Position numbers and translations under genes: made by a program. A stretch of DNA of 64,000 nt from NCBI GenBank assembly GCA_964634365.1, contig CAZWJU010000002.1, positions 32,069 through 96,068 on the forward strand, in the 5' to 3' direction. This DNA comes from an uncultured Candidatus Saccharibacteria bacterium (GTDB lineage Bacteria > Patescibacteriota > Minisyncoccia > Phycocordibacterales > UBA9973). The notes beneath the pieces are model-generated. The model ran no database searches, was not told where the DNA came from, and worked only from the letters and a program-made list of their open reading frames with translations. Shown piece by piece: positions 18,623-28,098 of this stretch (positions within the stretch are counted from its first letter, which is position 1; the number at the start of each line of letters is the position of its first letter).

Positions 18623-20359
18623 TTATAAATCATTGTAAATCTCCTGGAAAGGCAGCTCCCCTCTCAGACTCTTTATAATCGCATCTTCTTTCATGGTAAG
18701 CATGCCGTTTGCTCTAGCAACTTTGTATATCTCTGCTTCTACTGGATTAGTCAGGATTACGTGTTGCATTTCTTTGTTTACTTCAAACATTTCAAATACC
18801 GCCATGCGACCACGAGTTCCGTTTGGACATTCGGCAGAAGGCACAACTTCATACATTTTGTCTTGTTTAGGTAGCTGTGCTCTGTATTTTTCAGGAAGAT
18901 CTTTGAACTGCTTGTCTAGAAGTTCTTTCATTGCTTCATCCATAGGAACTTCTTTGCGTGAGTCTTCACACACAACACGCGCAAGACGTTGAGCTATAGA
19001 GAGTATGAGTGTTGGCGCAATCAAGTATGGATCAACTCCCATATCTACTAGACGAGGGACTACACCAACAGCAGAGTTTGTGTGTAGAGTAGACAAAACC
19101 AAGTGTCCAGTAAGAGCCGCCTGTATCGCGAGCTGAGCTGTTTCTTTGTCGCGTATTTCCCCCACCATTATTATGTTCGGATCTTGACGCAATATTGAAC
19201 GTAAACCTGAAGCAAAAGAGTATCCGATCTCTGGCATAACCTGAGACTGGTTCACATCTGGAATCTGATATTCAACTGGATCTTCTAGAGATACTACGTT
19301 TGATTTTTCTTTATCGAGTTCGTTTAACATCGAGTATACAGTTGTAGACTTACCGGAACCTGTTGGACCCGTCATAAGTATAAGACCGTATGGTTTTGCC
19401 AATGCATCTTTTATGAGCTTGTAGTTGTGTTCGGACAAGCCTAGTTCTGAAAGTTTCTTCACACCACGAGAAGAATCGAGGATTCTCATTACCACTTTTT
19501 CACCATAGTAGGCTGGAAATGTAGATACACGAAATTCTACTTTTCTACCAGCAATCTTTGTAGCAAAGCTTCCGTCTTGTGGCTTGCGTTTTTCGTCTAG
19601 ACGTAGTTTTGCCATTATCTTTATGCGAGCAACTATACCTGCATATACGTTCAAAGGCAGAACTAGACTTGTGTGCAGTACGCCGTCTACACGAAAGCGA
19701 ACCTTGACCTTATATCCAGTATTTTCAATGTGTATATCAGAAGCGTTCCCTTCTGTTGCGTGGCGCAATATAACCGCTACGACTTTTATAATCGGAGCAT
19801 CTTCAACTATGCGCTCTTCTTCACCTGGTTTTAATTTTGCTTGAATATTTCTATCTTCTATTACAATATCGCCAGTATTTACAGACTCCATCTCTTTATC
19901 GATTTCAGATATTGCTTCGTCGACTTCTCCGGTTAGGCCTTCGTAATTTTTCAAAATACCTTCAAATGCCTTATTTGATATCAAAAATATCTTATAAGGA
20001 ATATTCATTTTTGAAGTTATAAATTGTATAGCATCTATCGCACCTATATTATCAGGATTTACTATACCCACCTCAAGCACTCCGTCTCTTATACCAAGAG
20101 GTACAAACATATAATGCTTTGCTGAATCTTCTGGAATATATTTCAAAGTTTCAGAAGTGATTTGTTTTATATCAACATCTTTTGTAGGAATTTTGAAAAA
20201 GCCACCTTTCATTTCCAAAAGCTTTTTTTCATCTAAACCTAGCTCCACAAGCATGTCGTCGATGTTGCCGCCGTGTTTTTCATCGGCTAGTCTAACTACC
20301 TCACTTATTTGATTGTCTGTAATAATACCCTGACCTGCAAGGTGTTCTAAAAAAGTCAT
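18623..20359 (-). CDS. pilB: Type IV pilus extension ATPase (GspE/PilB)
   Basis: ASDIHIE, RFRVDG, GPTGSGKST, LRQDP, GEIRD. Confidence 0.95.
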   Translation of the reverse strand: MTFLEHLAGQGIITDNQISEVVRLADEKHGGNIDDMLVELGLDEKKLLEMKGGFFKIPTKDVDIKQITSETLKYIPEDSAKHYMFVPLGIRDGVLEVGIVNPDNIGAIDAIQFITSKMNIPYKIFLISNKAFEGILKNYEGLTGEVDEAISEIDKEMESVNTGDIVIEDRNIQAKLKPGEEERIVEDAPIIKVVAVILRHATEGNASDIHIENTGYKVKVRFRVDGVLHTSLVLPLNVYAGIVARIKIMAKLRLDEKRKPQDGSFATKIAGRKVEFRVSTFPAYYGEKVVMRILDSSRGVKKLSELGLSEHNYKLIKDALAKPYGLILMTGPTGSGKSTTVYSMLNELDKEKSNVVSLEDPVEYQIPDVNQSQVMPEIGYSFASGLRSILRQDPNIIMVGEIRDKETAQLAIQAALTGHLVLSTLHTNSAVGVVPRLVDMGVDPYLIAPTLILSIAQRLARVVCEDSRKEVPMDEAMKELLDKQFKDLPEKYRAQLPKQDKMYEVVPSAECPNGTRGRMAVFEMFEVNKEMQHVILTNPVEAEIYKVARANGMLTMKEDAIIKSLRGELPFQEIYNDL

Positions 20360-20379
20360 ATAAAAATTTGAACAAACAA

Positions 20380-21000
20380 CTAATTACTTGTACCTAGAGT
20401 CTTCCAAGATACAACTGAACCGTAGACAGTCTGTCCATTGATTTTAGCGGCAGCTTTATAGAAATATGTTGTATTCGCAGTAAGACCAGAAATTGTAGCA
20501 GTATAAGGACTTGTACTGCCTAGCAATTTTGTTGTACTAGCACCAAGAGATTCTGTTAGACCCCATTCAAACCATCTCTCAGTAGCTACAGTTCCAGCAA
20601 GCAAAGCTCCTTGGAGAACTGTGCTAGAAGTAGATATAGACGTAGGTGTGTTTGTTATGACACTAGGACTTGAGACAACACTTGTAGGAGACAGGTCTGA
20701 GCCTATAGGAGCAAAAGGATTCGGACGACCTTGATTGCCAAGCTGAACAAGAGTTATAGAAAAATCTTGTAGACCTGTGAACGTATTTGCATTGAAAATA
20801 TCTCCATCGAGTTTTAGCACTTGAAGGTTCAATAGAGTAGCTAGAAACTCGTCACCCACTTCGTTTGTAGAGTCTGTATTTGCGCCGACAGTAGATAGAG
20901 TTTGATCACCTTGTTTTTTATTTGATACTAGAGAATAACCGATTGCGATTAGTGCAACCACCACTGCTACTGTTATTAGACGTTTAATAATCTTACTCAT
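20380..21000 (-). CDS. Membrane-anchored pil-operon protein with GRPNPF motif and FN3-like C-terminus
   Basis: N-terminal TM, GRPNPFAP (PilP-like position), ISGLTANTTYFYK. Confidence 0.65.
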   Translation of the reverse strand: MSKIIKRLITVAVVVALIAIGYSLVSNKKQGDQTLSTVGANTDSTNEVGDEFLATLLNLQVLKLDGDIFNANTFTGLQDFSITLVQLGNQGRPNPFAPIGSDLSPTSVVSSPSVITNTPTSISTSSTVLQGALLAGTVATERWFEWGLTESLGASTTKLLGSTSPYTATISGLTANTTYFYKAAAKINGQTVYGSVVSWKTLGTSN

Positions 21001-21004
21001 ATAT

Positions 21005-21586
21005 CTAATTCTTTAACCAATATGTTTTAATCTTAATATTGTACTTGTAAAAATCTTTACCTTCTGAAGCAGTCGAATCAAAAGTGATACCCTGGATATC
21101 AACAATACGCAGACTACTTTCCAAGTCAGCCAAAAATTTTTGAAAATTATCATAAGAAGCTTGTGTAGAGAAACTCAAATCAAAAGTTCCAATATCTCTA
21201 TTTGTCATATTTAGACTAGCCCCACCTTCGGCTATAGCGTTTTCTGCACCCGCTGCTTCTTTGTTGTCGACATCAAAAGCTACGTTCGTAACTGACATAC
21301 CGTATCTAGAAGCTATATAATCAATCTCTAAAATCAATCGGATATTGTCTACGTTGTCTGGCAAAAGCTTGCGTAATCGCTCAACATCACTTGGAGCAAA
21401 TTCGTTGTACTTGGCTACTAACTCATCTCTTCTCTCTTCAAGTTGTTTTGAGTTTGCCAAAGCTTCAGTGTAAGTTGCTACTTCAGCTTTAAGTTCTTTT
21501 GTAGTTTTAAATATAGGATTTGTAAAACCCAAAAACAATCCTATGGAAGCTACAAACAAAATAATTGGAAAAATAAATCTCATCAT
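21005..21586 (-). CDS. pilO: PilO-like alignment protein
   Basis: TM + coiled coil, LLP, SYDNFQKFLADLESSLRIVDI; synteny. Confidence 0.8.
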   Translation of the reverse strand: MMRFIFPIILFVASIGLFLGFTNPIFKTTKELKAEVATYTEALANSKQLEERRDELVAKYNEFAPSDVERLRKLLPDNVDNIRLILEIDYIASRYGMSVTNVAFDVDNKEAAGAENAIAEGGASLNMTNRDIGTFDLSFSTQASYDNFQKFLADLESSLRIVDIQGITFDSTASEGKDFYKYNIKIKTYWLKN

Positions 21587-21590
21587 AAAA

Positions 21591-22283
21591 TTATGGGTTT
21601 AATTGGGTGCTATTAGTAGTACCTGCAGGCAATGTTGTATCTACTGTTTCTAGGTCGACCGTTGCACTTTCTGATGAATCGGACACAGCAGATCTGTTTA
21701 CGAATTCTGTATATGAAAGATATGTAGGATCAACTGTAAATTCTAAATCGAAATTTACCTTACCGCTCGCGTCAACCAACAAATTTGAAAAGATAGGATC
21801 TTTTATGTATTTATTTTGCAAAAACATATCGGATTGTAGAGCTATAGGTGTATACCCGCTTGAAGATTGGCCTCGAAGTTTTATATTTACCACTCCTCCG
21901 TTTTCTTTGTCGATTTCATAATCCATACTTGTATAGCGAATAGTCTTCAGAGTAAGTGTCTCAAGTGTTTCAAATATTGGACTTATAACTGTGTGACTAG
22001 ATATAACACTCTCGGCTGCAGACAATCTACGATCTAGATTTTCAAGATCAGTGATAAGTGAAGGCTCAAAACGAGCCTTAGCTTTATCTAGCTGACTAGA
22101 CATACTGTCTACTTGCTTTATGAGTGAAGCTCTATAAAAATACACACCTGCTGCAGAAGCTAGAGATGCAAAAAAAACTAGTGTTGCAAAAAACACAAGT
22201 AAACTCGCAGGTCTACGTGTGGTAACACGCTCTTCTGCAAGAGATTTCTTAGGTATAAAAGATGTTTGAAAGTCTTTATCCAT
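21591..22283 (-). CDS. pilN: PilN-like alignment protein
   Basis: N-terminal SFIPK motif, TM, coiled coil; between pilM and pilO. Confidence 0.72.
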   Translation of the reverse strand: MDKDFQTSFIPKKSLAEERVTTRRPASLLVFFATLVFFASLASAAGVYFYRASLIKQVDSMSSQLDKAKARFEPSLITDLENLDRRLSAAESVISSHTVISPIFETLETLTLKTIRYTSMDYEIDKENGGVVNIKLRGQSSSGYTPIALQSDMFLQNKYIKDPIFSNLLVDASGKVNFDLEFTVDPTYLSYTEFVNRSAVSDSSESATVDLETVDTTLPAGTTNSTQLNP

Positions 22284-22365
22284 TTACATAAACGAAGCAC
22301 AAGCTTCTAACATTCTTATATTGTAATACGAACTAGCTAGTATGTATAGAAAATAATGTGTAAAA

Positions 22366-23511
22366 CTATGCAGATTCTTGTAAGCGACGCAGAGCAAGTC
22401 CTGCTGCAACAGCAAACTCAGGTCCAGCAGTCTCAAGTACATTGTCTAAAAATGCAGGTGCTTCTACTTTATCAAAAGGCTTAGCCATCACAACCTCTGA
22501 TCTCAATTGTTCTGTTGCTCTCTCTTTGAAACCTTTCAACAAAACTCCCCCGCCAGTTAGTATCACCTTGCTTATAGTTTTACCGTATTGTCTTTCGTAA
22601 TTTAAAATAGCGCTATTTGTTTCACTCAATATATAGTCTACAGACAGAGAAATAATTTCTGGCATACTCTGATCTTTTTGATTGCCAAACATTCCAAACT
22701 CTCTTTTCATTTGCTCTGCTTGCAAAAAAGTTACACCCAAAGATTTAGACAGTGCATTTGTTATGTCTTGACTTCCTCTGTCTATACTGTGGAACTTTCT
22801 TACAATCCCGTACTCTATGATAGATAATTTGGTTTTTAGTGCACCCATATCGATTATGAGAACAGTTGAAAGCTCTCTACCAAAACTACTTCGTATACTA
22901 GAAAAAAGTTCGATTTCAAAAAAATCTACTGATAGATTTGTCTTTGCGATTATATCTCTATATTTTTGTATAGTGTCATTGTGAATAGCAGCGACCAAGA
23001 CTTCTGTTTTTGGAGACTCTTTTATAGGCTTACCGTCTGGTCCAACAGCTCCATCTAACGCAGAATCTTTTTTAGGAATCGGCCACCAATCAAGTGAAAC
23101 TTCAGATATTGGAACTGGAATATATTTTCTAGCTTCAGTCGGTATAATAGAAGCTAACTGACTTTCATCTATAACTGCAGGTAGTTCAATCAAAAAAACT
23201 AAACTAGAAGAAGCAGGTATAGAAACTGCACCCTGTTTTGTAGTTATACCAGCCTCGCGCATAACATCTGTAAGTGCCTGGGCAACTTTCTCTATAGGTA
23301 GGTTTGTTGTCTGTCCCACTACGCCACCTTCTAAGTATGGACCGAGCGAAAGAGCGCCGTATGTCTCCAGTACTGCCTTTGCGCCTTTTTTCTTTAGCTG
23401 GACAACCTTGATAGCCGATGATCCAATATCAATACCAACAACACTGTCAGTAGAGCTCTTTTTGAAGACTGCTAGGCTATCGCTTAATATCTTTGAAAAT
23501 GGGTTTGCCAT
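22366..23511 (-). CDS. pilM: Type IV pilus assembly protein (actin-like)
   Basis: VGIDIGSSAIKVVQL, EARKYIP, IDMGA, LTGGG, AVAAGLALR; true start MANPF at 23511. Confidence 0.93.
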   Translation of the reverse strand: MANPFSKILSDSLAVFKKSSTDSVVGIDIGSSAIKVVQLKKKGAKAVLETYGALSLGPYLEGGVVGQTTNLPIEKVAQALTDVMREAGITTKQGAVSIPASSSLVFLIELPAVIDESQLASIIPTEARKYIPVPISEVSLDWWPIPKKDSALDGAVGPDGKPIKESPKTEVLVAAIHNDTIQKYRDIIAKTNLSVDFFEIELFSSIRSSFGRELSTVLIIDMGALKTKLSIIEYGIVRKFHSIDRGSQDITNALSKSLGVTFLQAEQMKREFGMFGNQKDQSMPEIISLSVDYILSETNSAILNYERQYGKTISKVILTGGGVLLKGFKERATEQLRSEVVMAKPFDKVEAPAFLDNVLETAGPEFAVAAGLALRRLQESA

Positions 23512-23557
23512 ATATAAAATTAGTGTCTGTATTATATCATATATACATATTTTAGTT

Positions 23558-24208
23558 ATGAATATACTATCATCGATACTTGAATACGTATTCCCCACCA
23601 AATGCATAGGGTGTAAAAACATAGGCGACATATTGTGCGAGCAGTGCCTACAAAAAATCCCCGAGCCTAAACATCCTGTAGATAGTTTTATACACGCATG
23701 TTTTTCATATAAAAACGGAACAGTGAAGTACGCACTCTGGCTTCTAAAATACCACGGCAAGTTTCCTATTGCGAAGATATTTGGCAATACACTGTATGAA
23801 TACAATATAGACATATTAAGTGAAAAAAATATGTTCGACTCTGGCAAGGAAACTTTAGTTGTACCTATACCAATTACAAAAAATCGTAAACGTGTGCGCG
23901 GATATAATCAATCAGCTCTACTCGCAAGAGCTTTTGTAGAAAATCTTGGAGAAAAAGAATTCAAATATGGAGGAGATATCATAGAAAAAATTCGTGACAC
24001 AATCGCTCAGGCAAAAATTCGCAACCGTACAGAAAGATTGAAAAACTTGCAGGGTGCTTACAAGATTAAATCTAATGCAATTGTAAAAGGAAAAAATATA
24101 ATTTTAATCGACGATGTTTCAACTACCGGAGCAACATTAAAAGAAGCTCGCAGAGTTCTGCGTGAAGCTGGTGCAAGGAACGTAATCGCACTGGTCGTAG
24201 CGCATTAG
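23558..24208 (+). CDS. comF: ComF family competence protein
   Basis: FPTKCIGC...LCEQC, RGYNQS, LIDDVSTTGAT. Confidence 0.92.
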   Translation: MNILSSILEYVFPTKCIGCKNIGDILCEQCLQKIPEPKHPVDSFIHACFSYKNGTVKYALWLLKYHGKFPIAKIFGNTLYEYNIDILSEKNMFDSGKETLVVPIPITKNRKRVRGYNQSALLARAFVENLGEKEFKYGGDIIEKIRDTIAQAKIRNRTERLKNLQGAYKIKSNAIVKGKNIILIDDVSTTGATLKEARRVLREAGARNVIALVVAH

Positions 24209-24255
24209 AAAATGCTAGAAAAAACAGCTTTATTATGCTATTCTCATTTCGATAT

Positions 24256-24342
24256 GGAGACGTGTCTGAGTGGTTTAAGGTACCTCCTTGCTAAGGAGGC
24301 GAGCTGTAAAAAGCTCCGTGAGTTCGAATCTCACCGTCTCCG
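24256..24342 (+). tRNA. tRNA-Ser(GCT)
   Basis: GGAGACG/CGTCTCC, CCTCC-TT-GCT-AA-GGAGG, long variable arm, G73. Confidence 0.95.
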
Positions 24343-24362
24343 CCGTTTCCGTTTCAATATAT

Positions 24363-24449
24363 GGAGGATTGGGTGAGTGGTTGAAACCAGCAGTTTACTA
24401 AACTGCCGACCTGTAAAAAGGTCCGTGAGTTCGAATCTCACATCCTCCG
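24363..24449 (+). tRNA. tRNA-Ser with unusual ACT anticodon
   Basis: GGAGGAT/ATCCTCC, GCAGT-TT-ACT-AA-ACTGC, long variable arm, G73. Confidence 0.9.
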
Positions 24450-24594
24450 CAAATTTGAACGTAGTGAAAAACTGCGGAGGATGAACGAGTAAACTGCTTT
24501 GCTCGTGTTGAGATTCGAAAGTTTTTTCCGTACGAGTGAAACGAGGTGGAAAAATACCAGCCGTAGTATCGGCGAATCTCACATCCTCCGCAAA
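24450..24594 (+). repeat. tRNA-3'-linked element: split antisense copy of tRNA 3' end, CTGC-loop hairpin, 22-bp direct repeat
   Basis: TGCGGAGGATG and TGAGATTCGAA are reverse complements of the tRNA; CGAATCTCACATCCTCCGCAAA at 24432 and 24573. Confidence 0.85.
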
Positions 24595-24661
24595 GACATT
24601 TTATCATGGGAGTAAATACGTTTTCATACAGTAAATGTGCGACCCGGGTGCATAAATTGTG

Positions 24662-24696
24662 AACAAAAATACACGAATTATTCGTGTATTTTTGTT
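24662..24696. terminator. Palindromic terminator
   Basis: AACAAAAATACACGAAT-t-ATTCGTGTATTTTTGTT. Confidence 0.7.
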
Positions 24697-24721
24697 TGTA
24701 TCAAAATGGTAAAATATAGTC

Positions 24722-25687
24722 ATGAGAAAAGTCGGATCAGTTAAAAATGAATTACTTCAAAAATCCAGAGAATCTATGCTGGCTGCTGTCCAAATTTTTA
24801 ATAATCCAAATGTGAATTTCAAATCTGAATCATTTATAGTTTTGGCTATTATTTCGTGGACTTATCTACTACATGCTTACTATAGAGAGAAAAAGATTGA
24901 ATATCGTTACTTTGATCAGAAAGAACAAAGAAAGAGGTTTCATTTAACAAAAAATGGGGCTTATAAATATTGGGAATTAGAACGTTGTTTAAATGAAAAG
25001 AAATGTCCCATTGATAAGACTACAGTAGCAAACTTATTATTTCTGATTGGATTAAGACATGAGATTGAACATCAGATGACTACTCGAATTGATGATCTTC
25101 TTAGTGCAAGATTTCAAGCTTGTTGTTTAAACTATAATAAATATCTCAAATCACTTTTTCCACAACAAGATAGTATTGAAAAATACCTCTCTTTTAGTTT
25201 ACAGTTCTCATCTTTAAGTGAAAAACAAGTTGATCAATTAAATGATTATAAGGATTTACCTAAAAACATATCTCTATTTATTGAACAATACGATGAGAGT
25301 TTAACATAGGATGTTTTTAATGATAGTAAATTTTCCTATAGAGTTTTATTTGTTCCTAAAACAGCAAATAGAAAAGGTCAGGCTGACAAAGTAATTGAGT
25401 TTGTTGATCCAAAGTCAGAAATAGCAAAAGGTTTGAGTAAGGAGTATTGGGCTATTAAAGACCGAGAAAGACCAAAGTATCTACCTAGTAGTCTTTGTAA
25501 AGAAATACAAAAGCTTGGATATAAAAAATTTAGCATGCCACAACATACAAAATTATGGCAATCTCAAGATGCAAAAAATCCAACAAAGGGTTTCGGGGTT
25601 CAACTAGAAAAAACATGGTATTGGTATGAAAATTGGTTTGAGTTTGTAAAGAAGCATTGCGAAGATAATAAGGCTATGTACTCTTAA
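24722..25687 (+). pseudogene. DUF3644-like (HEPN-type) protein interrupted by one in-frame TAG at 25307-25309
   Basis: KSRESMLAAVQIFNNP...FKSESFIVL...LRHEIEH; frame continues after TAG (DVFNDSKFSYRVLFVPK...WYWYENW) to TAA 25687. Confidence 0.8.
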
Positions 25688-25770
25688 TCAGGAAGAGTTA
25701 GTTTTTTATCTTATCTATAGCGATTGTGAATGAGTAGGTATAGCTTATACCTATGATACTTTGTATACTT

Positions 25771-26083
25771 ACTAAGTACATATGTAGCTACCCCTGGCTA
25801 GAGGGATAACTACAAGATTCATCTTAAAGAGGAATCTTGCGAACTTCACGAACACATAGATTTGGATACCTATTTGCATAGGCTTCTGTTACTATTTGTC
25901 CATTATCGACACGACGATAAATTATCTGTGTGCGATATTTACTTTGTTTAGGCATATTAAATATGATTAACTTAGTTCTAATAATTCGACCTTTACGGCT
26001 GTAATTTACAGCCAGTTTTCATCTGTGTTACAAGACCATAAAGGGAGTGCCTTTCGCTAGAGATAGCTGCACATATACTTAGT
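25771..26083 (-). ncRNA. Candidate ~310-nt structured RNA of unknown family
   Basis: ~25-bp terminal helix with G-U pairs favouring the - strand; several internal hairpins including CCTAT-GCAA-ATAGG; no ORF. Confidence 0.5.
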
Positions 26084-26325
26084 TGTAAAAGATCTACTTA
26101 ATACTCTTAATATATCAAATTACAATACCTTTTGATACAAAACAGCGTAGGTGTCTCATTTTTTACAAAATACCTTTATTTTCAAATACAGTGACCCCGA
26201 ATCACTTACCTAAATGAGACACTCTAAAAAGTGCCGTAATAGTCCTATCAACATTAAGAGCGTAAGTACTTAAATCACACCTCCGCAAATTTTGTAGTAC
26301 ATACCTCACAAGGTATAATGCTTTC

Positions 26326-27078
26326 ATGACCGAATCTGAACAAATCGAACAACTTAAAAAAGAGAACGAGGAACTCAAGCAACAAAACGCACTAAAAAGT
26401 AATTGGATTTCGATATCTGCTCACCAACTCCGCACTACCCTATCTGCTGTAAAGTGGATTTTGCGAATGTTTTTAGATAAAGATTTTGGCGAACTTACAC
26501 CAGAACAAGCAGATTTTATGAAACGCGCTAGCGATTCGAACGACCGTATGCTCGCACTTGTAAATGAAATGCTGTCACTAAACCACGCAGACACAACATC
26601 TCTAACCTACAACTTCGAAGAAGTAGATATGGTTAAACTTATAGATGAAACTTTGTTTGATTTTTCTAGTGAAGCTTTCAAAAAAGGTATCGAGACAATC
26701 TTCTTGAAGCCAGAAATTTCAATAGAAGAGATAACCTGCGACAAAGAAAAAATAAGAGTTGTTATCCAAAACTTAATCGAGAATGCAATAAAATACAGTA
26801 ACCCAAAAGACAAGGTGCTTATATCTATCCACGCAAATGAAAAAGAGGTGGGGGTTTCAATAAAAGATACAGGAATAGGAATACCTACAAGCGAACAGGA
26901 GCAAATCTTTGGAAAATTCTACAGAGCGACGAATGCAAAGGTAAAAGATTCTATTGGATCAGGATTGGGGCTATATACAATCAAACATATTATTGAGCAT
27001 CATGGGGGTAAAATAAGTTTCAAGTCCGTAGAAAATGAAGGCACAACATTCACATTTTCAATACCCTTGCACAGATAA
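26326..27078 (+). CDS. Cytoplasmic histidine kinase (HisKA + HATPase, no sensor domain)
   Basis: SAHQLRT, NLIENAIKYS, DTGIGIP, GSGLGL, GTTF. Confidence 0.93.
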   Translation: MTESEQIEQLKKENEELKQQNALKSNWISISAHQLRTTLSAVKWILRMFLDKDFGELTPEQADFMKRASDSNDRMLALVNEMLSLNHADTTSLTYNFEEVDMVKLIDETLFDFSSEAFKKGIETIFLKPEISIEEITCDKEKIRVVIQNLIENAIKYSNPKDKVLISIHANEKEVGVSIKDTGIGIPTSEQEQIFGKFYRATNAKVKDSIGSGLGLYTIKHIIEHHGGKISFKSVENEGTTFTFSIPLHR

Positions 27079-27102
27079 GAAGTCGCGAGTACAATACAAC
27101 AT

Positions 27103-27471
27103 ATGCCAAAGAAAATTCTTATAATTGAAGACGATTCATTCCTTCAGGGACTTGCAGCAGGCAAGCTTTCAAAAGATGGATTCCAAGTGCTTACTGCTTC
27201 CACAGGAGAAGATGCAGTAAAAATTGCTGATAGTGAAAATCCTGATTTTATACTATTGGACTTGGTCCTCCCTACTATGGACGGTTTTACTGTATTAGAA
27301 AAAATCCGTTCCAATGCAGCTCTAGCAAAGACACCAGTGATAGTTTTTTCTAATCTATCAGAAGACAAAGACATCTCACGCGCCCGTGAACTAGGTGCAA
27401 ATGACTTCATGATCAAATCGAACTTCACACTAGACGAATTGTCAGACAAGATTAAAGCTATAATCGGATAA
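27103..27471 (+). CDS. Single-domain response regulator
   Basis: ILIIEDD, LLDLVLPTMDG, FMIK. Confidence 0.93.
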   Translation: MPKKILIIEDDSFLQGLAAGKLSKDGFQVLTASTGEDAVKIADSENPDFILLDLVLPTMDGFTVLEKIRSNAALAKTPVIVFSNLSEDKDISRARELGANDFMIKSNFTLDELSDKIKAIIG

Positions 27472-27500
27472 CAAAACAGGCTAGAAGCCTGTTTTGTTAT
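27468..27500 (+). terminator. Terminator hairpin
   Basis: ATAACAAAACAGGCT-aga-AGCCTGTTTTGTTAT. Confidence 0.78.
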
Positions 27501-27542
27501 TGTTTATGTAAATTATTAGTTATAAAAAATTAATTAAAATAT

Positions 27543-28031
27543 ATGAGTAAAACATCTGCAATATTAGGATTGATCGCACTTATCGCGGTTGGTGGGTTTA
27601 TTATATTTGAAGAAGAAAAAAATATTGAGACAAACGAAATTGAAACTGAAAACTTAGCAGCAGAAAACTCTATTGAAAATAGTAGTACTGAATCTTCATC
27701 AACCAACACAGAAAAAGAAGAAGTCTCTGGTGAAGAAACCATAGTGAATCAAACTACAGTGGTTACATATATGTCGTCAGGCTTTAGCCCAAATATATTA
27801 AATATAAACATAGGAGATACTGTAAAATTTATAAACGACTCATCGGGCAATATGTGGGTCGCTTCAAATCCACATCCGCAACACACAGAATATTCAGATT
27901 TTGATGCACAGAGAAATTACACTAGCGGAGAGTCCTACTCGTTCACTTTTACTGAAAGTGGAACTTATGAATACCACAATCACGTAAACCCTAGTATGCG
28001 CGGAACGATTGTAGTTTTAGGAGATAAGTAA
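27543..28031 (+). CDS. Membrane-anchored cupredoxin/plastocyanin-like protein
   Basis: GFSPNILNINIGDTVKFIN, HPQH, GTYEYHNH..PSMRGTIVV. Confidence 0.82.
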   Translation: MSKTSAILGLIALIAVGGFIIFEEEKNIETNEIETENLAAENSIENSSTESSSTNTEKEEVSGEETIVNQTTVVTYMSSGFSPNILNINIGDTVKFINDSSGNMWVASNPHPQHTEYSDFDAQRNYTSGESYSFTFTESGTYEYHNHVNPSMRGTIVVLGDK

Positions 28032-28035
28032 AATC

Positions 28036-28071
28036 AATAAAAATCCCCTATGTAATTAGGGGATTTTTATT
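28036..28071 (+). terminator. Terminator hairpin (AAAATCCC/GGGATTTT type)
   Basis: AATAAAAATCCCCTA-tgtaat-TAGGGGATTTTTATT. Confidence 0.78.
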
Positions 28072-28098
28072 ATTGCTCTAAAAAGTTACAATGCTTAG

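Larger units (their letters stand above)
24595..26292. mobile_element. Small integrase-less island remnant at tRNA-Ser(ACT)
   Basis: Ends at a degenerate third copy of the tRNA 3' end (CCTCCGCAAATTT, 26280-26292); cargo is accessory. Confidence 0.55.

Noticed and set aside
23408-23847. Long apparent overlap of pilM and comF
   Set aside because: Artefact of upstream alternative starts; the plausible starts at 23511 and 23558 do not overlap
24331-24607. Short ORFs over tRNA-Ser (also 1272-1648 and 31277-31486)
   Set aside because: Shadow translations of tRNA genes and their flanking repeats
25307-25309. Genome-wide stop-codon reassignment
   Set aside because: TAG ends normal genes (gatA, comF, rpsZ, pilO) and conserved genes are uninterrupted under code 11
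25771-26083. RNase P RNA, group I/II intron or retron ncRNA
   Set aside because: No GAGGAAAGUCC core, no intron domain V or P7 signature seen, and no reverse transcriptase nearby; left as unknown
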